A stretch of 24,000 nucleotides of DNA from Paraburkholderia dioscoreae (GCF_902459535.1 NZ_LR699553.1:261397-285396); one strand, 5' to 3'. Shown: positions 1 to 9,731, counted from the stretch's first letter. A program made the numbers and translations. The notes: generated by a model not told the origin, from the sequence alone.

Positions 1-173
1 CGCTGCTGGTGGACGACGTGCCGCCGCGCGAGCTGCCGATTCATGTGGTCTACGCGAGCCGCCGGCATCTGTCGGCCAAGGTGCGCTCGTTTGTCGACTT
101 CCTCGCCGAGCGGTTCGCCAACGAGTCGCTGTGGCCGTCGCTCGAACAGATCAGGGCGTTGGCCGTGCGGTAG
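1..173 (+). CDS. LysR-family transcriptional regulator, C-terminal fragment (5' end outside window)
   Basis: The frame is open from the window edge (phase of nt 3) to TAG at 171-173. It translates to LLVDDVPPRELPIHVVYASRRHLSAKVRSFVDFLAERFANESLWPSLEQIRALAVR*. This resembles the conserved C-terminal end of LysR substrate-binding domains as I remember them. It is absent from the ORF track because no start codon lies in the window. Confidence 0.6.
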   Translation, partial: LLVDDVPPRELPIHVVYASRRHLSAKVRSFVDFLAERFANESLWPSLEQIRALAVR

Positions 174-254
174 GCGCGGAGGACGGTCAAGCGCCGCGAA
201 CCGTTTCGCTATACTGGTTGCCAGCACCCATACGCGTAACGATCTGGGGGAGAC

Positions 255-3200
255 ATGACCGATCTGTCCACGCCGCAGCGCGCGGGCAGCCACAAGCTGC
301 CCGCGGGCCGGCGACTGCGCTTTGTTACCGCGGCTGCGTTGTTCGACGGCCACGATGCGTCGATCAATATCATGCGGCGCATTCTTCAGGCAAGCGGCGT
401 CGAGGTGATTCATCTCGGCCACAACCGCTCCGTCGATGAAGTCGCCACCGCCGCGCTGCACGAGGATGCCGACGGCGTCGCCGTGTCGAGCTACCAGGGC
501 GGTCACAACGAATACTTCCGCTATCTGGTCGACTTGCTGCGCGCACGCGGCGGCGAGCGCATCAAGGTGTTCGGCGGCGGCGGCGGGGTGATCGTCCCTG
601 AAGAGATTGTCGGGCTCGAACGCTATGGCGTCGAGAAGATCTATTCGCCGCAGGACGGCCAGCGGCTTGGTCTGCAAGGCATGATCGACGATATGATCGC
701 GCGCTGCGCCGAAGGTGCGCGCGCGGCGGCGGCCACAGGGGAGAGTCCGGTCGGCGCGTGGGCGGCGGAGTTTTCGGAGCATCGTCTGCCGCGTTTTGAT
801 TCGCGCGACGATGCGGGTGTTGACGGTCAGGAGGCCGTAGCGCGCAATCCGTCGAGCGAGGCGAGTCGCGTGGCCGCGGCGGGGCGCGGCGATCATTTGG
901 ACAGAGGCGTCCGCGCGGCCAGCACGGCCAACACCGGCGGCGTAGCGGACGCAGCCAGCACAGCCAGCACAGCCAGCACAGCCAGCACAGCCGGCAGCCC
1001 CGACCCGGCATCCTTGGTTTTCCGCCGACTCGCGCAACTCATCAGCGCATTCGAAACGGCCGCCATCGACGTCAACACGCGGGACAAGCTGTCCGCTCTA
1101 GCAGAAGCAACCGCGATCCCTGTGCTCGGCATTACCGGAACCGGCGGCGCCGGCAAATCGTCGCTCACCGACGAGTTGATCCGTCGCTTTCGCCTCGACT
1201 ACGGCGACGCCCTCACCATCGCCGTGCTCGCCATCGACCCGTCGCGCCGCAAGTCCGGCGGCGCGCTGCTGGGCGACCGCATCCGCATGAACGCGATCGG
1301 CGACTGGGGCGGCGGCGCGCGCGTGTACATGCGTTCGATGGCGACGCGCGAAGCATCGAGCGAAATCTCCGACTCGCTGCCCGACGCGTTGATGCTCTGC
1401 AAGGCGGCCGGCTTCGATCTGATCGTCGTCGAAACGTCCGGCATCGGCCAGGGCGACGCGGCGATCGTGCCGTTCGTCGACGAATCGCTGTATGTCATGA
1501 CGCCGGAATTCGGCGCGGCCAGCCAGTTGGAGAAGATCGACATGCTCGACTTTGCCAGCTTCGTCGCGATCAACAAGTTCGATCGCAAAGGCGCGCCGGA
1601 CGCGTTGCGCGATGTCGCCAAGCAGGTGCAGCGCAATCGCTCCGACTTCACGAAGTCGCCGGAAGCGATGCCGGTGTTCGGAACGATCGCCTCGCGCTTT
1701 AACGATGACGGCGTGACCGCGCTGTACCGGCACGTTGCCGAAGCGCTGCGCAAGCACGGTTTGCGTTCGGGCGGCGGCCGTCTTGCCGCGCCCGAAGGTC
1801 TGCGTTTTTCGAGCGGGCGCAACGCCATCGTGCCGCCCGCGCGCGTGCGCTATCTGGCGGATATTGCGCAGACGGTTCACGCTTATCGCGAGCGAGCCGA
1901 CGCGCAAGCGCGCGTCGCGCGCGAGCGCTGGCAACTGATCGAGGCGCGCAGGATGCTCGTTGAGACGGGCGAGGCTGTCGGCGCAGACTCCGTTGTTGCC
2001 GCAAGTGCAAGCTCAGGAGCAAGCGCAAGCTCGAAGGCAGGCGCAAGCCCAGCAGCAAACACAACCGCGAACTCAAACGCTTCCGCAACCAGCGGCACTG
2101 CCACCCCAACCGACGCGCTCAACCCAACCCTCTCGCAACTCGACACGCTAATCACCCAACGCACCGCCTCGCTCGGCGAACGCGAGCGCATCCTCCTCGA
2201 CACCTGGCCGCAAACCGTCGCCGCTTACTCGGGCACGGAACACGTTGTGCGCATCCGCGACCGTGAAATCCGCACCGCGCTGACCGTCACGACGCTTTCC
2301 GGCTCCGAAGTCCGCAAAGTCTCCCTGCCGAAATTCGTCGATCACGGCGAGATCTTGCGCTGGCTGATGCTCGACAATCTGCCCGGCTACTTCCCCTTCA
2401 CCGCCGGCGTATTCCCGTTCCGCCGCGAAAACGAAGACCCGACCCGCATGTTCGCCGGCGAAGGCGATCCGCAACGCACCAATCGCCGCTTCAAACTGCT
2501 TTCGGAAGGCATGCCGGCCAAACGTCTGTCGACCGCGTTCGACTCGGTTACGCTCTACGGCGAAGAACCGCACGAGCGTCCCGACATCTACGGCAAAGTG
2601 GGCAATTCCGGCGTCTCCGTCGCGACGCTCGACGACATGAAGACGCTCTACGATGGCTTCGACCTCTGTGCGCCGGAAACCTCGGTCTCGATGACGATCA
2701 ACGGCCCCGCGCCGACCATTCTTGCGATGTTCTTCAACGTCGCGATCGATCAGCAGATCGCGCGCACGACACAGCAGCAAGGCCGCCCGCTCACCGAAGA
2801 CGAACTCGCCGCGACGCGCCGCACCGCGCTGGAAAACGTGCGCGGCACCGTGCAGGCCGATATCCTGAAGGAAGACCAAGGCCAGAACACCTGCATTTTC
2901 TCGACCGAATTCAGCCTGAAGGTGATGGGCGATATTCAGGCGTACTTCGTCGGGCATGGCGTGCGCAATTTCTATTCGGTGTCGATTTCCGGCTATCACA
3001 TCGCCGAAGCCGGCGCGAACCCGATCTCTCAACTCGCGTACACGCTCGCGAACGGCTTCACCTATGTCGAGGCCTATCTCGCCCGCGGCATGTCGATCGA
3101 CGGCTTCGCGCCGAATCTGTCGTTCTTCTTTTCGAACGGCATGGATCCGGAGTACACGGTGCTGGGCCGCGTCGCGCGACGCATCTGGGCCGTTGCCATG

Positions 3201-3941
3201 CGCGAGCGCTACGGCGCGAACGAACGCAGCCAGAAGCTCAAGTATCACGTGCAGACGTCGGGTCGCAGCCTGCACGCGCAGGAGATCGACTTCAACGATA
3301 TCCGCACCACGCTGCAGGCGCTGATCGCGATCTACGACAATTGCAACTCGCTCCACACAAATGCCTTCGACGAAGCGATCACCACGCCCACCGAGGAGTC
3401 CGTGCGCCGCGCGGTGGCGATCCAGTTGATCATCAACCGTGAGTGGGGGCTCGCGAAGAATCAGAATCCGAATCAGGGCAGCTTCGTGATCGAGGAGCTG
3501 ACCGACCTGGTGGAAGAGGCGGTACTGGCCGAATTCGACCGGCTGACCGAGCGAGGCGGCGTGCTCGGCGCGATGGAAACCGGCTATCAGCGCGGGCGGA
3601 TTCAGGACGAGTCGATGCTCTATGAGCATCGCAAGCATGACGGGTCTTATCCGATCGTCGGCGTGAACACGTTCTTGAGCGCGCATCCGCACGAAGCGCC
3701 GCAGCCGATCGCGCTAGCCCGTTCCACCGACGATGAGAAACAAAGCCAGTTGCAACGCCTGCGCGCTTTTCAGGCGCAGCATCGCGACGCGGCGCCCGCC
3801 GCGCTCGAACGCCTGAAGCGCGCGGTGATCGACGATGAAAACGTGTTCGCGGTGCTGATGGATGTTGTGCGTGTCTGCTCGCTTGGGCAGATCACGCACG
3901 CGCTGTTTGAAGTGGGCGGGCAGTACCGCCGTAATATGTAA
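255..3941 (+). CDS. icmF: Fused isobutyryl-CoA mutase IcmF (B12-binding domain + MeaB-like G-protein + mutase catalytic barrel), 1228 aa
   Basis: ATG at 255 follows a GGGGGAG Shine-Dalgarno at 246-252. The N-terminus has a B12-binding fold ([22 protein letters not shown]). The middle has a P-loop GTGGAGKSS (nt 1128-1163), VETSGIGQ and NKFD G-protein motifs. The C-terminal ~600 aa carry methylmalonyl/isobutyryl-CoA mutase motifs ([32 protein letters not shown]). This domain order is the established IcmF architecture. Confidence 0.9.
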   Translation: MTDLSTPQRAGSHKLPAGRRLRFVTAAALFDGHDASINIMRRILQASGVEVIHLGHNRSVDEVATAALHEDADGVAVSSYQGGHNEYFRYLVDLLRARGGERIKVFGGGGGVIVPEEIVGLERYGVEKIYSPQDGQRLGLQGMIDDMIARCAEGARAAAATGESPVGAWAAEFSEHRLPRFDSRDDAGVDGQEAVARNPSSEASRVAAAGRGDHLDRGVRAASTANTGGVADAASTASTASTASTAGSPDPASLVFRRLAQLISAFETAAIDVNTRDKLSALAEATAIPVLGITGTGGAGKSSLTDELIRRFRLDYGDALTIAVLAIDPSRRKSGGALLGDRIRMNAIGDWGGGARVYMRSMATREASSEISDSLPDALMLCKAAGFDLIVVETSGIGQGDAAIVPFVDESLYVMTPEFGAASQLEKIDMLDFASFVAINKFDRKGAPDALRDVAKQVQRNRSDFTKSPEAMPVFGTIASRFNDDGVTALYRHVAEALRKHGLRSGGGRLAAPEGLRFSSGRNAIVPPARVRYLADIAQTVHAYRERADAQARVARERWQLIEARRMLVETGEAVGADSVVAASASSGASASSKAGASPAANTTANSNASATSGTATPTDALNPTLSQLDTLITQRTASLGERERILLDTWPQTVAAYSGTEHVVRIRDREIRTALTVTTLSGSEVRKVSLPKFVDHGEILRWLMLDNLPGYFPFTAGVFPFRRENEDPTRMFAGEGDPQRTNRRFKLLSEGMPAKRLSTAFDSVTLYGEEPHERPDIYGKVGNSGVSVATLDDMKTLYDGFDLCAPETSVSMTINGPAPTILAMFFNVAIDQQIARTTQQQGRPLTEDELAATRRTALENVRGTVQADILKEDQGQNTCIFSTEFSLKVMGDIQAYFVGHGVRNFYSVSISGYHIAEAGANPISQLAYTLANGFTYVEAYLARGMSIDGFAPNLSFFFSNGMDPEYTVLGRVARRIWAVAMRERYGANERSQKLKYHVQTSGRSLHAQEIDFNDIRTTLQALIAIYDNCNSLHTNAFDEAITTPTEESVRRAVAIQLIINREWGLAKNQNPNQGSFVIEELTDLVEEAVLAEFDRLTERGGVLGAMETGYQRGRIQDESMLYEHRKHDGSYPIVGVNTFLSAHPHEAPQPIALARSTDDEKQSQLQRLRAFQAQHRDAAPAALERLKRAVIDDENVFAVLMDVVRVCSLGQITHALFEVGGQYRRNM
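954..989. repeat. Perfect in-frame 9-bp tandem repeat (GCCAGCACA x4, encoding AST x4) inside the IcmF interdomain linker
   Basis: Read directly: units at 954-962, 963-971, 972-980 and 981-989. A degenerate fifth unit GCCGGCAGC follows at 990-998. The repeat is in frame with the CDS starting at 255. Confidence 0.95.
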
Positions 3942-4104
3942 GCGCGGCTGCGTGGTGGTTGCTGCGGCTCTGCGTGAAGCCGGGCCGCAGTCCAAGACCG
4001 TCCAGATCAAGCGTCTCAGCTCAAGAGCCCCGAACGAGGCGCCTGCGCCGACGCGCTCCAGGCAAACGCGTAACCCCGACCGCGTCATGCCTTGGCGCAC
4101 CATC

Positions 4105-5064
4105 TCAGCGCGCAATCCCCAGCCGCGCCTTCGCGTCGTCATATTCCTTCGACAAACGCTGCACCAGTTCGCTCACGCTCGGCACGTCGTCCATCAGGCC
4201 GACGCCCTGGCCTGCGCCCCAGATGTCTTTCCACGCCTTCGCCTTGTCGCTGCCGAAGTTCATCTTGGTCTTGTCCGATTCCGGCAGCGCGTCCGGGTCC
4301 AGCCCCGCGTTGACGATGCTTTCGCGGATGTAATTGCCGTGCACGCCGGTGAACAGGTTGGTGTAAATGATGTCCGACGCGGTGGAATTGACAATGGCCT
4401 GCTTGTAGCTGTCCACCGCATGAGCTTCTTTGGTCGCGATAAAGCGCGTGCCCATGTAGGCGAGGTCAGCGCCCATTGCCTGCGCGGCGAGAATCGAGCC
4501 GCCGTTGGCGATCGAGCCCGACAGCACGATCGGGCCGTCGAACATGCGCCGCACTTCGCCGACCAGCGCGAACGGCGAGGTCGTGCCCGCGTGGCCGCCC
4601 GCGCCGGATGCCACCAGGATCAGACCGTCGACGCCCGCTGCCAGCGCCTTTTGCGCATGGCGCAGATTGATCACGTCGTGCAGCACGATGCCGCCGTAGC
4701 TATGCACGGCGTCGACGATTTCCCGTGCCGGCGCCCGCAGGCTCGTGATGAAAATCGGCACCTTGTGTTCGACGCACACACGCACGTCGTGTTCGAGCCG
4801 CGTATTCGACTGATGGACGATCTGGTTGACCGCGATCGGCCCGATGATCGCGTCCGGGTTGGCCGCCTTGTGCTCGGCGAGCTGCGTCTGAATCTGCGTG
4901 AGCCATTCGTCGAGCAACTCGGCCGGGCGTGCATTCAGCGCGGGGAACGAGCCGACGATCCCGGCCTTACACTGAGCCAGCACGAGTTCGGGATAGCTGA
5001 CGATGAACATCGGCGAGGCGACGACCGGCAGCGCAAGTTTTTGCAGAACGGCGGGCAATGCCAT
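4105..5064 (-). CDS. Nitronate monooxygenase / 2-nitropropane dioxygenase family flavoprotein (FabK-like TIM barrel), 319 aa
   Basis: ATG at 5064-5062 has an AGGAGA SD about 7 nt upstream. The N-terminal PMFIVSYPELVLAQCKAGIVGSFP and the SGAGGHAG motif are typical of the NMO/NPD family. GC3 is high. Confidence 0.8.
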   Translation of the reverse strand: MALPAVLQKLALPVVASPMFIVSYPELVLAQCKAGIVGSFPALNARPAELLDEWLTQIQTQLAEHKAANPDAIIGPIAVNQIVHQSNTRLEHDVRVCVEHKVPIFITSLRAPAREIVDAVHSYGGIVLHDVINLRHAQKALAAGVDGLILVASGAGGHAGTTSPFALVGEVRRMFDGPIVLSGSIANGGSILAAQAMGADLAYMGTRFIATKEAHAVDSYKQAIVNSTASDIIYTNLFTGVHGNYIRESIVNAGLDPDALPESDKTKMNFGSDKAKAWKDIWGAGQGVGLMDDVPSVSELVQRLSKEYDDAKARLGIAR

Positions 5065-5345
5065 AGTGCGAGTCTCCTGATTTGAGCGAACCGGTGCGAG
5101 TTTGAGCGCCCGGCGATGACTGATTTTAGCGGCACATGGTTTGCAGCGCTTTCGCTGGCCGCAGCCACCCGATAATTTAAGAACGGTCGTTCGATTATAG
5201 GCGAAGCACGGCGCTCGCGTTCGGCCGCTGCGTTTGGAACAGTTGGAAGGAGTGTTCAGGTTCTATGCTTGCGTGGGCTGTCCCACCTCGCGCGGACACA
5301 TTGGCCTCCTACAATGCAGTGACTCCAAATCACAAGAGAGACGTC

Positions 5346-6236
5346 ATGGCCTTCGAGAATTTCACGCCCTTTCGCGTCGCCGTGGGCGATGTCGATATTT
5401 TCGGAGTGAAGGGCGGAGCGGGCCCGCCTCTTCTGTTGCTGCACGGTCATCCGCAGTCGCATCTGATCTGGCAGAAGTGCGCCGCGCAACTGGCCGAACA
5501 TTTCACCGTCATCGCGACCGATCTGCGCGGCTACGGCGCATCGGGCAAGCCGCCGAGCGACGCCGACCATACACCGTATTCCAAACGCGTGATGGCGGCC
5601 GATCAGGTCGCCGTGATGCGTCATTTCGGTTTCGAACGTTTTCTCGTGTGCGCACACGACCGCGGCGCACGCGTGGCGCATCGAATGGCGCTCGATCATC
5701 CCGACGCCGTCGAGCGTCTGATGCTGCTCGATATCGCACCGACGCTCGCAATGTACGAGGCCACCGACCGCACCTTCGCGACGCACTACTTCCACTGGTT
5801 CTTCCTGATCCAGCCGGAGCCGCTGCCCGAGACGCTGATCGGCGCGAACCCGGCGGCCTATGTCGATGCGGTGATGGGTGGCCGTCACGCGGGTCTGGCG
5901 CCGTTCGATCCCGCCGCGCTCGAAGCCTACCGCGCGGCGCTCGCCCAACCAGGCGCCGTGCACGCGATGTGCGAGGATTACCGCGCGTCGGCGAGCATCG
6001 ACCTGGAGCACGATCGTGCCGATATCGAGCGCGGTCACAAGATCGGCTGCCCGCTGCGCGTGTTGTGGGGCGACAAGGGCGTGATCGAGAAGTGCTTCGA
6101 CGCGCTGGCCGAATGGCGTCATGTGGCGCGCGACGTGAGTGGCCGCGCGCTGCCTTGCGGGCATTACATACCCGAAGAAGCGTCGGACGAACTGGTCGCC
6201 GAAATGCTGTCTTTTTTCGAAGCGGCCGAGCAGTAA
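5346..6236 (+). CDS. Alpha/beta hydrolase of the haloacetate (fluoroacetate) dehalogenase / epoxide-hydrolase-like subfamily, 296 aa
   Basis: Motifs seen: LLLLHGHPQSH, DLRGYGASGKP, nucleophile-Asp motif AHDRGARVAHRMALDHP, FHWFFLIQP, CEDYRAS, and C-terminal GHYIPEE. I chose the internal ATG at 5346 (MAFENFTPF...) because remembered homologues start there. The 27 upstream codons from the track ORF start (5265) have poor GC3. Confidence 0.75.
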   Translation: MAFENFTPFRVAVGDVDIFGVKGGAGPPLLLLHGHPQSHLIWQKCAAQLAEHFTVIATDLRGYGASGKPPSDADHTPYSKRVMAADQVAVMRHFGFERFLVCAHDRGARVAHRMALDHPDAVERLMLLDIAPTLAMYEATDRTFATHYFHWFFLIQPEPLPETLIGANPAAYVDAVMGGRHAGLAPFDPAALEAYRAALAQPGAVHAMCEDYRASASIDLEHDRADIERGHKIGCPLRVLWGDKGVIEKCFDALAEWRHVARDVSGRALPCGHYIPEEASDELVAEMLSFFEAAEQ

Positions 6237-6284
6237 GTCCCGTTCGCCTGCGCCGATCATGCGCGAAGCCGCGCCCGCCGTCGT

Positions 6285-6755
6285 TTAGCCGAGCGGCGGC
6301 AAACGGCGCGCCACCGGCGTTGACTTGACGATGGCGGAACTGGTCTCCGCACGCTCGGCGACCTTCGTCAGAATCTCGTCAAGCTGCTCGATCGAGTGGA
6401 GGTACAGGCGGCAGATGAAACAGTCGTCGCCTGTCACCTTGTCGCATTCGACGAACTCCGGAATCCGCCGGATCACCTCTTCGACCAGATGCAACTGGCC
6501 GGGCAACGGCTTCACGCGCACGATGGCCTGCAGCGTATAGCCGAGCGCGCGTGGATCGACTTGCACCGTAAAGCGCTCGATCACGCCTTGCGCTTCGAGT
6601 CGGCGCACACGCTCCGCCGTACTCGGCGCTGACAGTCCGACCAGCCGCGCCAGTTCGCTGACCGGCTGACGGGCGTCTTCCGCGAGCGCGGCGAGTAGCG
6701 CCCGGTCCGTGTCGTCGAGCGGGGAGGGCGTTGAGGGAACAAGGCGTTTGGTCAT
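6285..6755 (-). CDS. Lrp/AsnC-family transcriptional regulator, 156 aa
   Basis: An N-terminal HTH (LDDTDRALLAALAEDARQPVSELARLVGLSAPSTAERVRRLEAQGVI) is followed by an AsnC-type ligand/oligomerisation domain (VQVDPRALGY...VECDKVTGDDCFICRLY). It is divergent from a transporter gene, a common Lrp arrangement. Confidence 0.85.
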   Translation of the reverse strand: MTKRLVPSTPSPLDDTDRALLAALAEDARQPVSELARLVGLSAPSTAERVRRLEAQGVIERFTVQVDPRALGYTLQAIVRVKPLPGQLHLVEEVIRRIPEFVECDKVTGDDCFICRLYLHSIEQLDEILTKVAERAETSSAIVKSTPVARRLPPLG

Positions 6756-6869
6756 GACGGCCTTCGATTATTAGGTTGCGTCGCGGGAATGCTTAAGTTT
6801 AGCCATGTATTCGGACCATCGGATTAATTACACTGCTCGGCATGCAGGAATCAATTCGAGGATCGAATC

Positions 6870-7769
6870 ATGGCGTCAAATGAAATTCGCCGCGGAGCCG
6901 CGGAAATGACCCTGGCGATGCTGATGTCCGGCACCATCGGCTGGCTCGTGGTGTCGTCGCAGCAAAGCCCGTTCAATGTCGTGTTTTTCCGCTGCATTTT
7001 CGGCGGCGCGACGCTGGCGCTCGTCTGCGCGGTGCTGGGACTGTTCCGGCGCCGCCTCTTCTCGTGGAAGATGCTCGGCCTCGCCCTGCTCGGCGGGGCG
7101 GCGATCGTCATCAACTGGGTGTTGCTGTTCGCCGCGTATTCGCGTGCGTCGATCTCGATGGCCACCGCCGTCTACAACACGCAGCCGTTCATGCTGGTGG
7201 CGCTCGGCGCATTGGTGTTTCGCGAGCGCATCAGCCCGTCGGCCGTGGCCTGGCTGGTGGTCGCGTTCATCGGACTCGTGTTCGTCGTGAAGGTCGAGCC
7301 GGCGGTGCTGGCGGTGCCGGGGCAATACCTGGTCGGCGTCGCATACGCAGTGGGCGCGGCGGCGATGTATGCCGTGTCGTCGATCATTACCAAGCGGCTC
7401 AAGGGCACGCCGCCGCATCTGATCGCGTTGATCCAGGTGTCGCTCGGCGTGCTGATGCTCGCGCCGTTCGTGCGCTTCGACGCGCTGCCCACGAGCGGCG
7501 TGCAGTGGCTCGAACTGATCGTGCTAGGCGTCGTCAATACGGGTCTCATGTACGTGCTGCTATACGGGGCGATCCAGAAGTTGCCGACTTCGATGACGGG
7601 GGCACTCTCGTTCATCTATCCGGTGGTGGCGATCGTCGTCGATCGGGTTGCGTTCGGGCAAACGCTGGCATGGATTCAGGTGCTCGGCGCGGTGCTGATT
7701 CTGCTGGCCGCCGCCGGTGTCAATCTCGGCTGGCGGATCGTGCCGCAAAAGCGCCTGTCGTCGACCTGA
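6870..7769 (+). CDS. DMT-superfamily (EamA-like) inner-membrane transporter, 299 aa
   Basis: ATG at 6870 has a GAGGA SD 7 nt upstream. The protein is hydrophobic throughout, with about 10 predicted helices in two halves, typical of the EamA duplication. It is divergently paired with the Lrp regulator. Confidence 0.8.
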   Translation: MASNEIRRGAAEMTLAMLMSGTIGWLVVSSQQSPFNVVFFRCIFGGATLALVCAVLGLFRRRLFSWKMLGLALLGGAAIVINWVLLFAAYSRASISMATAVYNTQPFMLVALGALVFRERISPSAVAWLVVAFIGLVFVVKVEPAVLAVPGQYLVGVAYAVGAAAMYAVSSIITKRLKGTPPHLIALIQVSLGVLMLAPFVRFDALPTSGVQWLELIVLGVVNTGLMYVLLYGAIQKLPTSMTGALSFIYPVVAIVVDRVAFGQTLAWIQVLGAVLILLAAAGVNLGWRIVPQKRLSST

Positions 7770-8009
7770 CGGGTGTTGCGCCGCTGCGGCGTGTCGCAAT
7801 GCTACGGATTCCAGAGTAACTGGGTGCCCGGATTGTTCGTCAAGGCGGTCTAATACGTTGAAAGCTGTGCGACTACAGGGCTTCGTGGTGTGACGTGTAT
7901 GCAGCTTTAAAAGCTGGCGTCAAACTTCTGTAGGGAAATTACCGATGCGGCCAAAAAAAACGGCACGCGTATCATGCATCTTGACGCTGATCACGTCCGA
8001 CAGAATTTC

Positions 8010-8047
8010 CGCCGCTCGCCTGTAATGGTCGAGCGGCTTTCTTTTTG
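8010..8047 (+). terminator. Rho-independent terminator-like hairpin on the + strand
   Basis: Stem GCCGCTCG (8010-8017) pairs with CGAGCGGC (8029-8036). It is followed by TTTCTTTTTGT (8037-8047). It lies about 240 nt downstream of the transporter stop. The reverse orientation lacks a T-run, so it is not an obvious terminator for the minus-strand MBL gene. Confidence 0.55.
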
Positions 8048-8094
8048 TGGCGACGGTTCGCGTATTTCAGGTGGTTCGAGTCAGCGGCGGCGCG

Positions 8095-9015
8095 TCACGC
8101 CGCGCGCGCGACAATGCGCTCGCCATCCACTTCCAGCGGCCCATTCCTCGCGGCCAATTCCTCGACGATGTCTTTAACCAGCGCGGGCCACTCGCCGCGC
8201 GGCTTGAGCATCGTCGCGGCGGCGCGCATCACGGCGGCGGCGTCGAGCATTTGCAGCAATGTGTCGAAGCGCATCGCGCGGACTTCGAGCAGCTTGAACA
8301 CGATCAGTACCTTCAGCGCGTTCTTTGCGTTGCGGGCCGGATCGGCACGCAGCCAGGCAACTCGCGAAAACGCGCGCTCCAGCGCCTGTTCGACATTTGT
8401 GAAGGGTGCGCCGTGGCCGGGAATCACGAGGCGCACGTCGAGCTTCGCAATGGCTTCGAGCACCGCCTGTTCCTCGGCGAAACCGCTTTCGCCTTCCAGT
8501 TCCGGAAAGATCACGCCGAAGCCGTTTTCCCAGAGCGCGTCCGCGCTGATCAGGATGCGTTCGCCCGCGCAATACAGCATCAGCGAGTGTGGATCGTGGC
8601 CGGGTGCGCCGAGCACTTCCCAGTCGAGCGCGCCGAGCCGCAACTGCGCGCCGGGCGCGATCGTGCCGGTGAAGGTGAAGCGCTCGCAGGTCTGGCCGGT
8701 CGCACGAAACGTGAGGCGTGTCTCGTCCCAGTCGCGCACCGCATCGGCTTCCGAGGCGGGAATCACGGTGCGGCACGGCCACGTGGCCTGCAGCAGCGCG
8801 TTGCCGCCGCAGTGGTCCGAATGCAGATGCGTGTTGACGATCAGGTCGAGCGGCCGCGCGCCGAGCGCTTGCCGCACGAGGGCAAGCGTTTGCGGCGCAT
8901 GCGTGGCGTACCCGGTATCCACAAGCGCGGCGCATGCATCGTCCAGCAGCAGCACGTTGTTCGACGAAAGCCAGCCGCGTTCGAAAACCCGAATCGATTC
9001 CGGTAGCGTGATCAT
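8095..9015 (-). CDS. MBL-fold metallo-hydrolase (glyoxalase II-like core with C-terminal helical extension), 306 aa
   Basis: It carries the HxHxDH metal motif THLHSDHCGG, later GAPGHDPHS, and IPGHG. Its start codon overlaps the upstream gene stop in ATGA (9012-9015). Confidence 0.8.
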   Translation of the reverse strand: MITLPESIRVFERGWLSSNNVLLLDDACAALVDTGYATHAPQTLALVRQALGARPLDLIVNTHLHSDHCGGNALLQATWPCRTVIPASEADAVRDWDETRLTFRATGQTCERFTFTGTIAPGAQLRLGALDWEVLGAPGHDPHSLMLYCAGERILISADALWENGFGVIFPELEGESGFAEEQAVLEAIAKLDVRLVIPGHGAPFTNVEQALERAFSRVAWLRADPARNAKNALKVLIVFKLLEVRAMRFDTLLQMLDAAAVMRAAATMLKPRGEWPALVKDIVEELAARNGPLEVDGERIVARAA

Positions 9016-9491
9016 GGCGAGTTGGGCGCCGCGTTTGCGTGTGTGTTCTCGGCGGCTTCAGATTTCGGCATGACGAGAATGGTCGACGAACCGGTCAACA
9101 TGGTGTCGCCGCGCTGATTCACGACCGTGCCTTCAAGATGGGTCAGATCGCCGTTCAGGCTCGGCTTCCAGTAAGCGTCCTTCACACGCCAGGTGATGGT
9201 GAGCGTGTCGTTCGCGTGGACCGCTTTCTTCAGCTTGATATCGAATTCGAGACCGAGGGGTTGCGCGTAGGTCGAAAAATGCGTGGCCAGCAGCGCCATG
9301 AAATGCGCGGTCGGCTGCGTACCTGATGCGATCAGTCCGCCGAAGCGGCTTTGTGCCGCATACGCTTCGTCGTGATGCAGCGGGTTGTGGTCGTTGACCA
9401 GCGAGGCGAACGATTTCACCGATTCCGCCGACAGCTCCAGCGTCGAACTGAACGTCTCGCCGATCGTGACGATGCGCGGCGCGGCGTTCAT
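9012..9491 (-). CDS. MaoC-like (R)-specific enoyl-CoA hydratase / hot-dog fold dehydratase, 159 aa
   Basis: The hydratase-2 type motif NDHNPLHHDEAYAAQSRFGGLIASG is present. I chose the internal ATG at 9491-9489 (MNAAPRIV...). The upstream 58 codons of the track ORF are Arg-rich and overlap the DUF1289 gene. An ATGA overlap occurs at both ends of the gene. Confidence 0.8.
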   Translation of the reverse strand: MNAAPRIVTIGETFSSTLELSAESVKSFASLVNDHNPLHHDEAYAAQSRFGGLIASGTQPTAHFMALLATHFSTYAQPLGLEFDIKLKKAVHANDTLTITWRVKDAYWKPSLNGDLTHLEGTVVNQRGDTMLTGSSTILVMPKSEAAENTHANAAPNSP

Positions 9492-9727
9492 CGCTGCACC
9501 TTCGGCGGGTTCGCGACGAGTTCCGCGTGACGTACCTCGATCGCGTCCCAGACCGCGCGCTTCGCGTCGCCGTCGAGCAGCGACCAGCCGGCGATTTCGT
9601 CGATGGTGCGCAGGCATCCTTCGCACCAGCCTGTCGACGCATCCATCCTGCACACGCTGATGCAAGGCGAGGGCACGGCGTGGTCGTCTTCGTTATCGAG
9701 GCCCGCTGTCATCGTCGTCATCGTCAT
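9488..9727 (-). CDS. DUF1289-family small Cys-rich protein (YdhL-like), 79 aa
   Basis: SPCISVCRMDASTGWCEGCLRTIDEIAGWS matches the DUF1289 cysteine pattern as I recall it. Three alternative Met starts exist (9727, 9721, 9712). The stop overlaps the MaoC start (ATGA). Confidence 0.7.
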   Translation of the reverse strand: MTMTTMTAGLDNEDDHAVPSPCISVCRMDASTGWCEGCLRTIDEIAGWSLLDGDAKRAVWDAIEVRHAELVANPPKVQR

Positions 9728-9731
9728 CGCG

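Noticed and set aside
174-254. Cobalamin riboswitch upstream of the B12-dependent icmF.
   Set aside because: Only about 80 nt are available. I cannot find a B12-box-like conserved core or the multi-stem architecture. The region looks like a simple promoter (a TATACT -10 candidate at 210-215) plus an SD.
2148-3692. Many long ORFs in alternate or antisense frames. Examples: 2148-3692 (-) 514 aa; 3862-5085 (+) 407 aa; 5256-6260 (-) 334 aa; 8045-9073 (+); 13357-14355 (-); 14508-15599 (+); 17477-18247 (+); 22537-23610 (+).
   Set aside because: They overlap genes with clear family motifs. Their translations are Arg/Ala/Gly/His-rich and low in complexity, with no motifs I recognise. Such shadow ORFs are expected in DNA of about 65% GC, where stop codons are rare.
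9492-9665. N-terminal extensions given in the ORF track for MaoC (to 9665), HMG-CoA lyase (to 11285), GhrA (to 12371), BioF (to 18059), the hydrolase (from 5265), the YdeN-like gene (from 11415), BioB (to 15587) and YchJ (TTG at 22337).
   Set aside because: The extensions are Arg-rich or overlap the upstream gene, and they lack an SD. Internal ATGs with an SD reproduce the N-termini of the families as I remember them.
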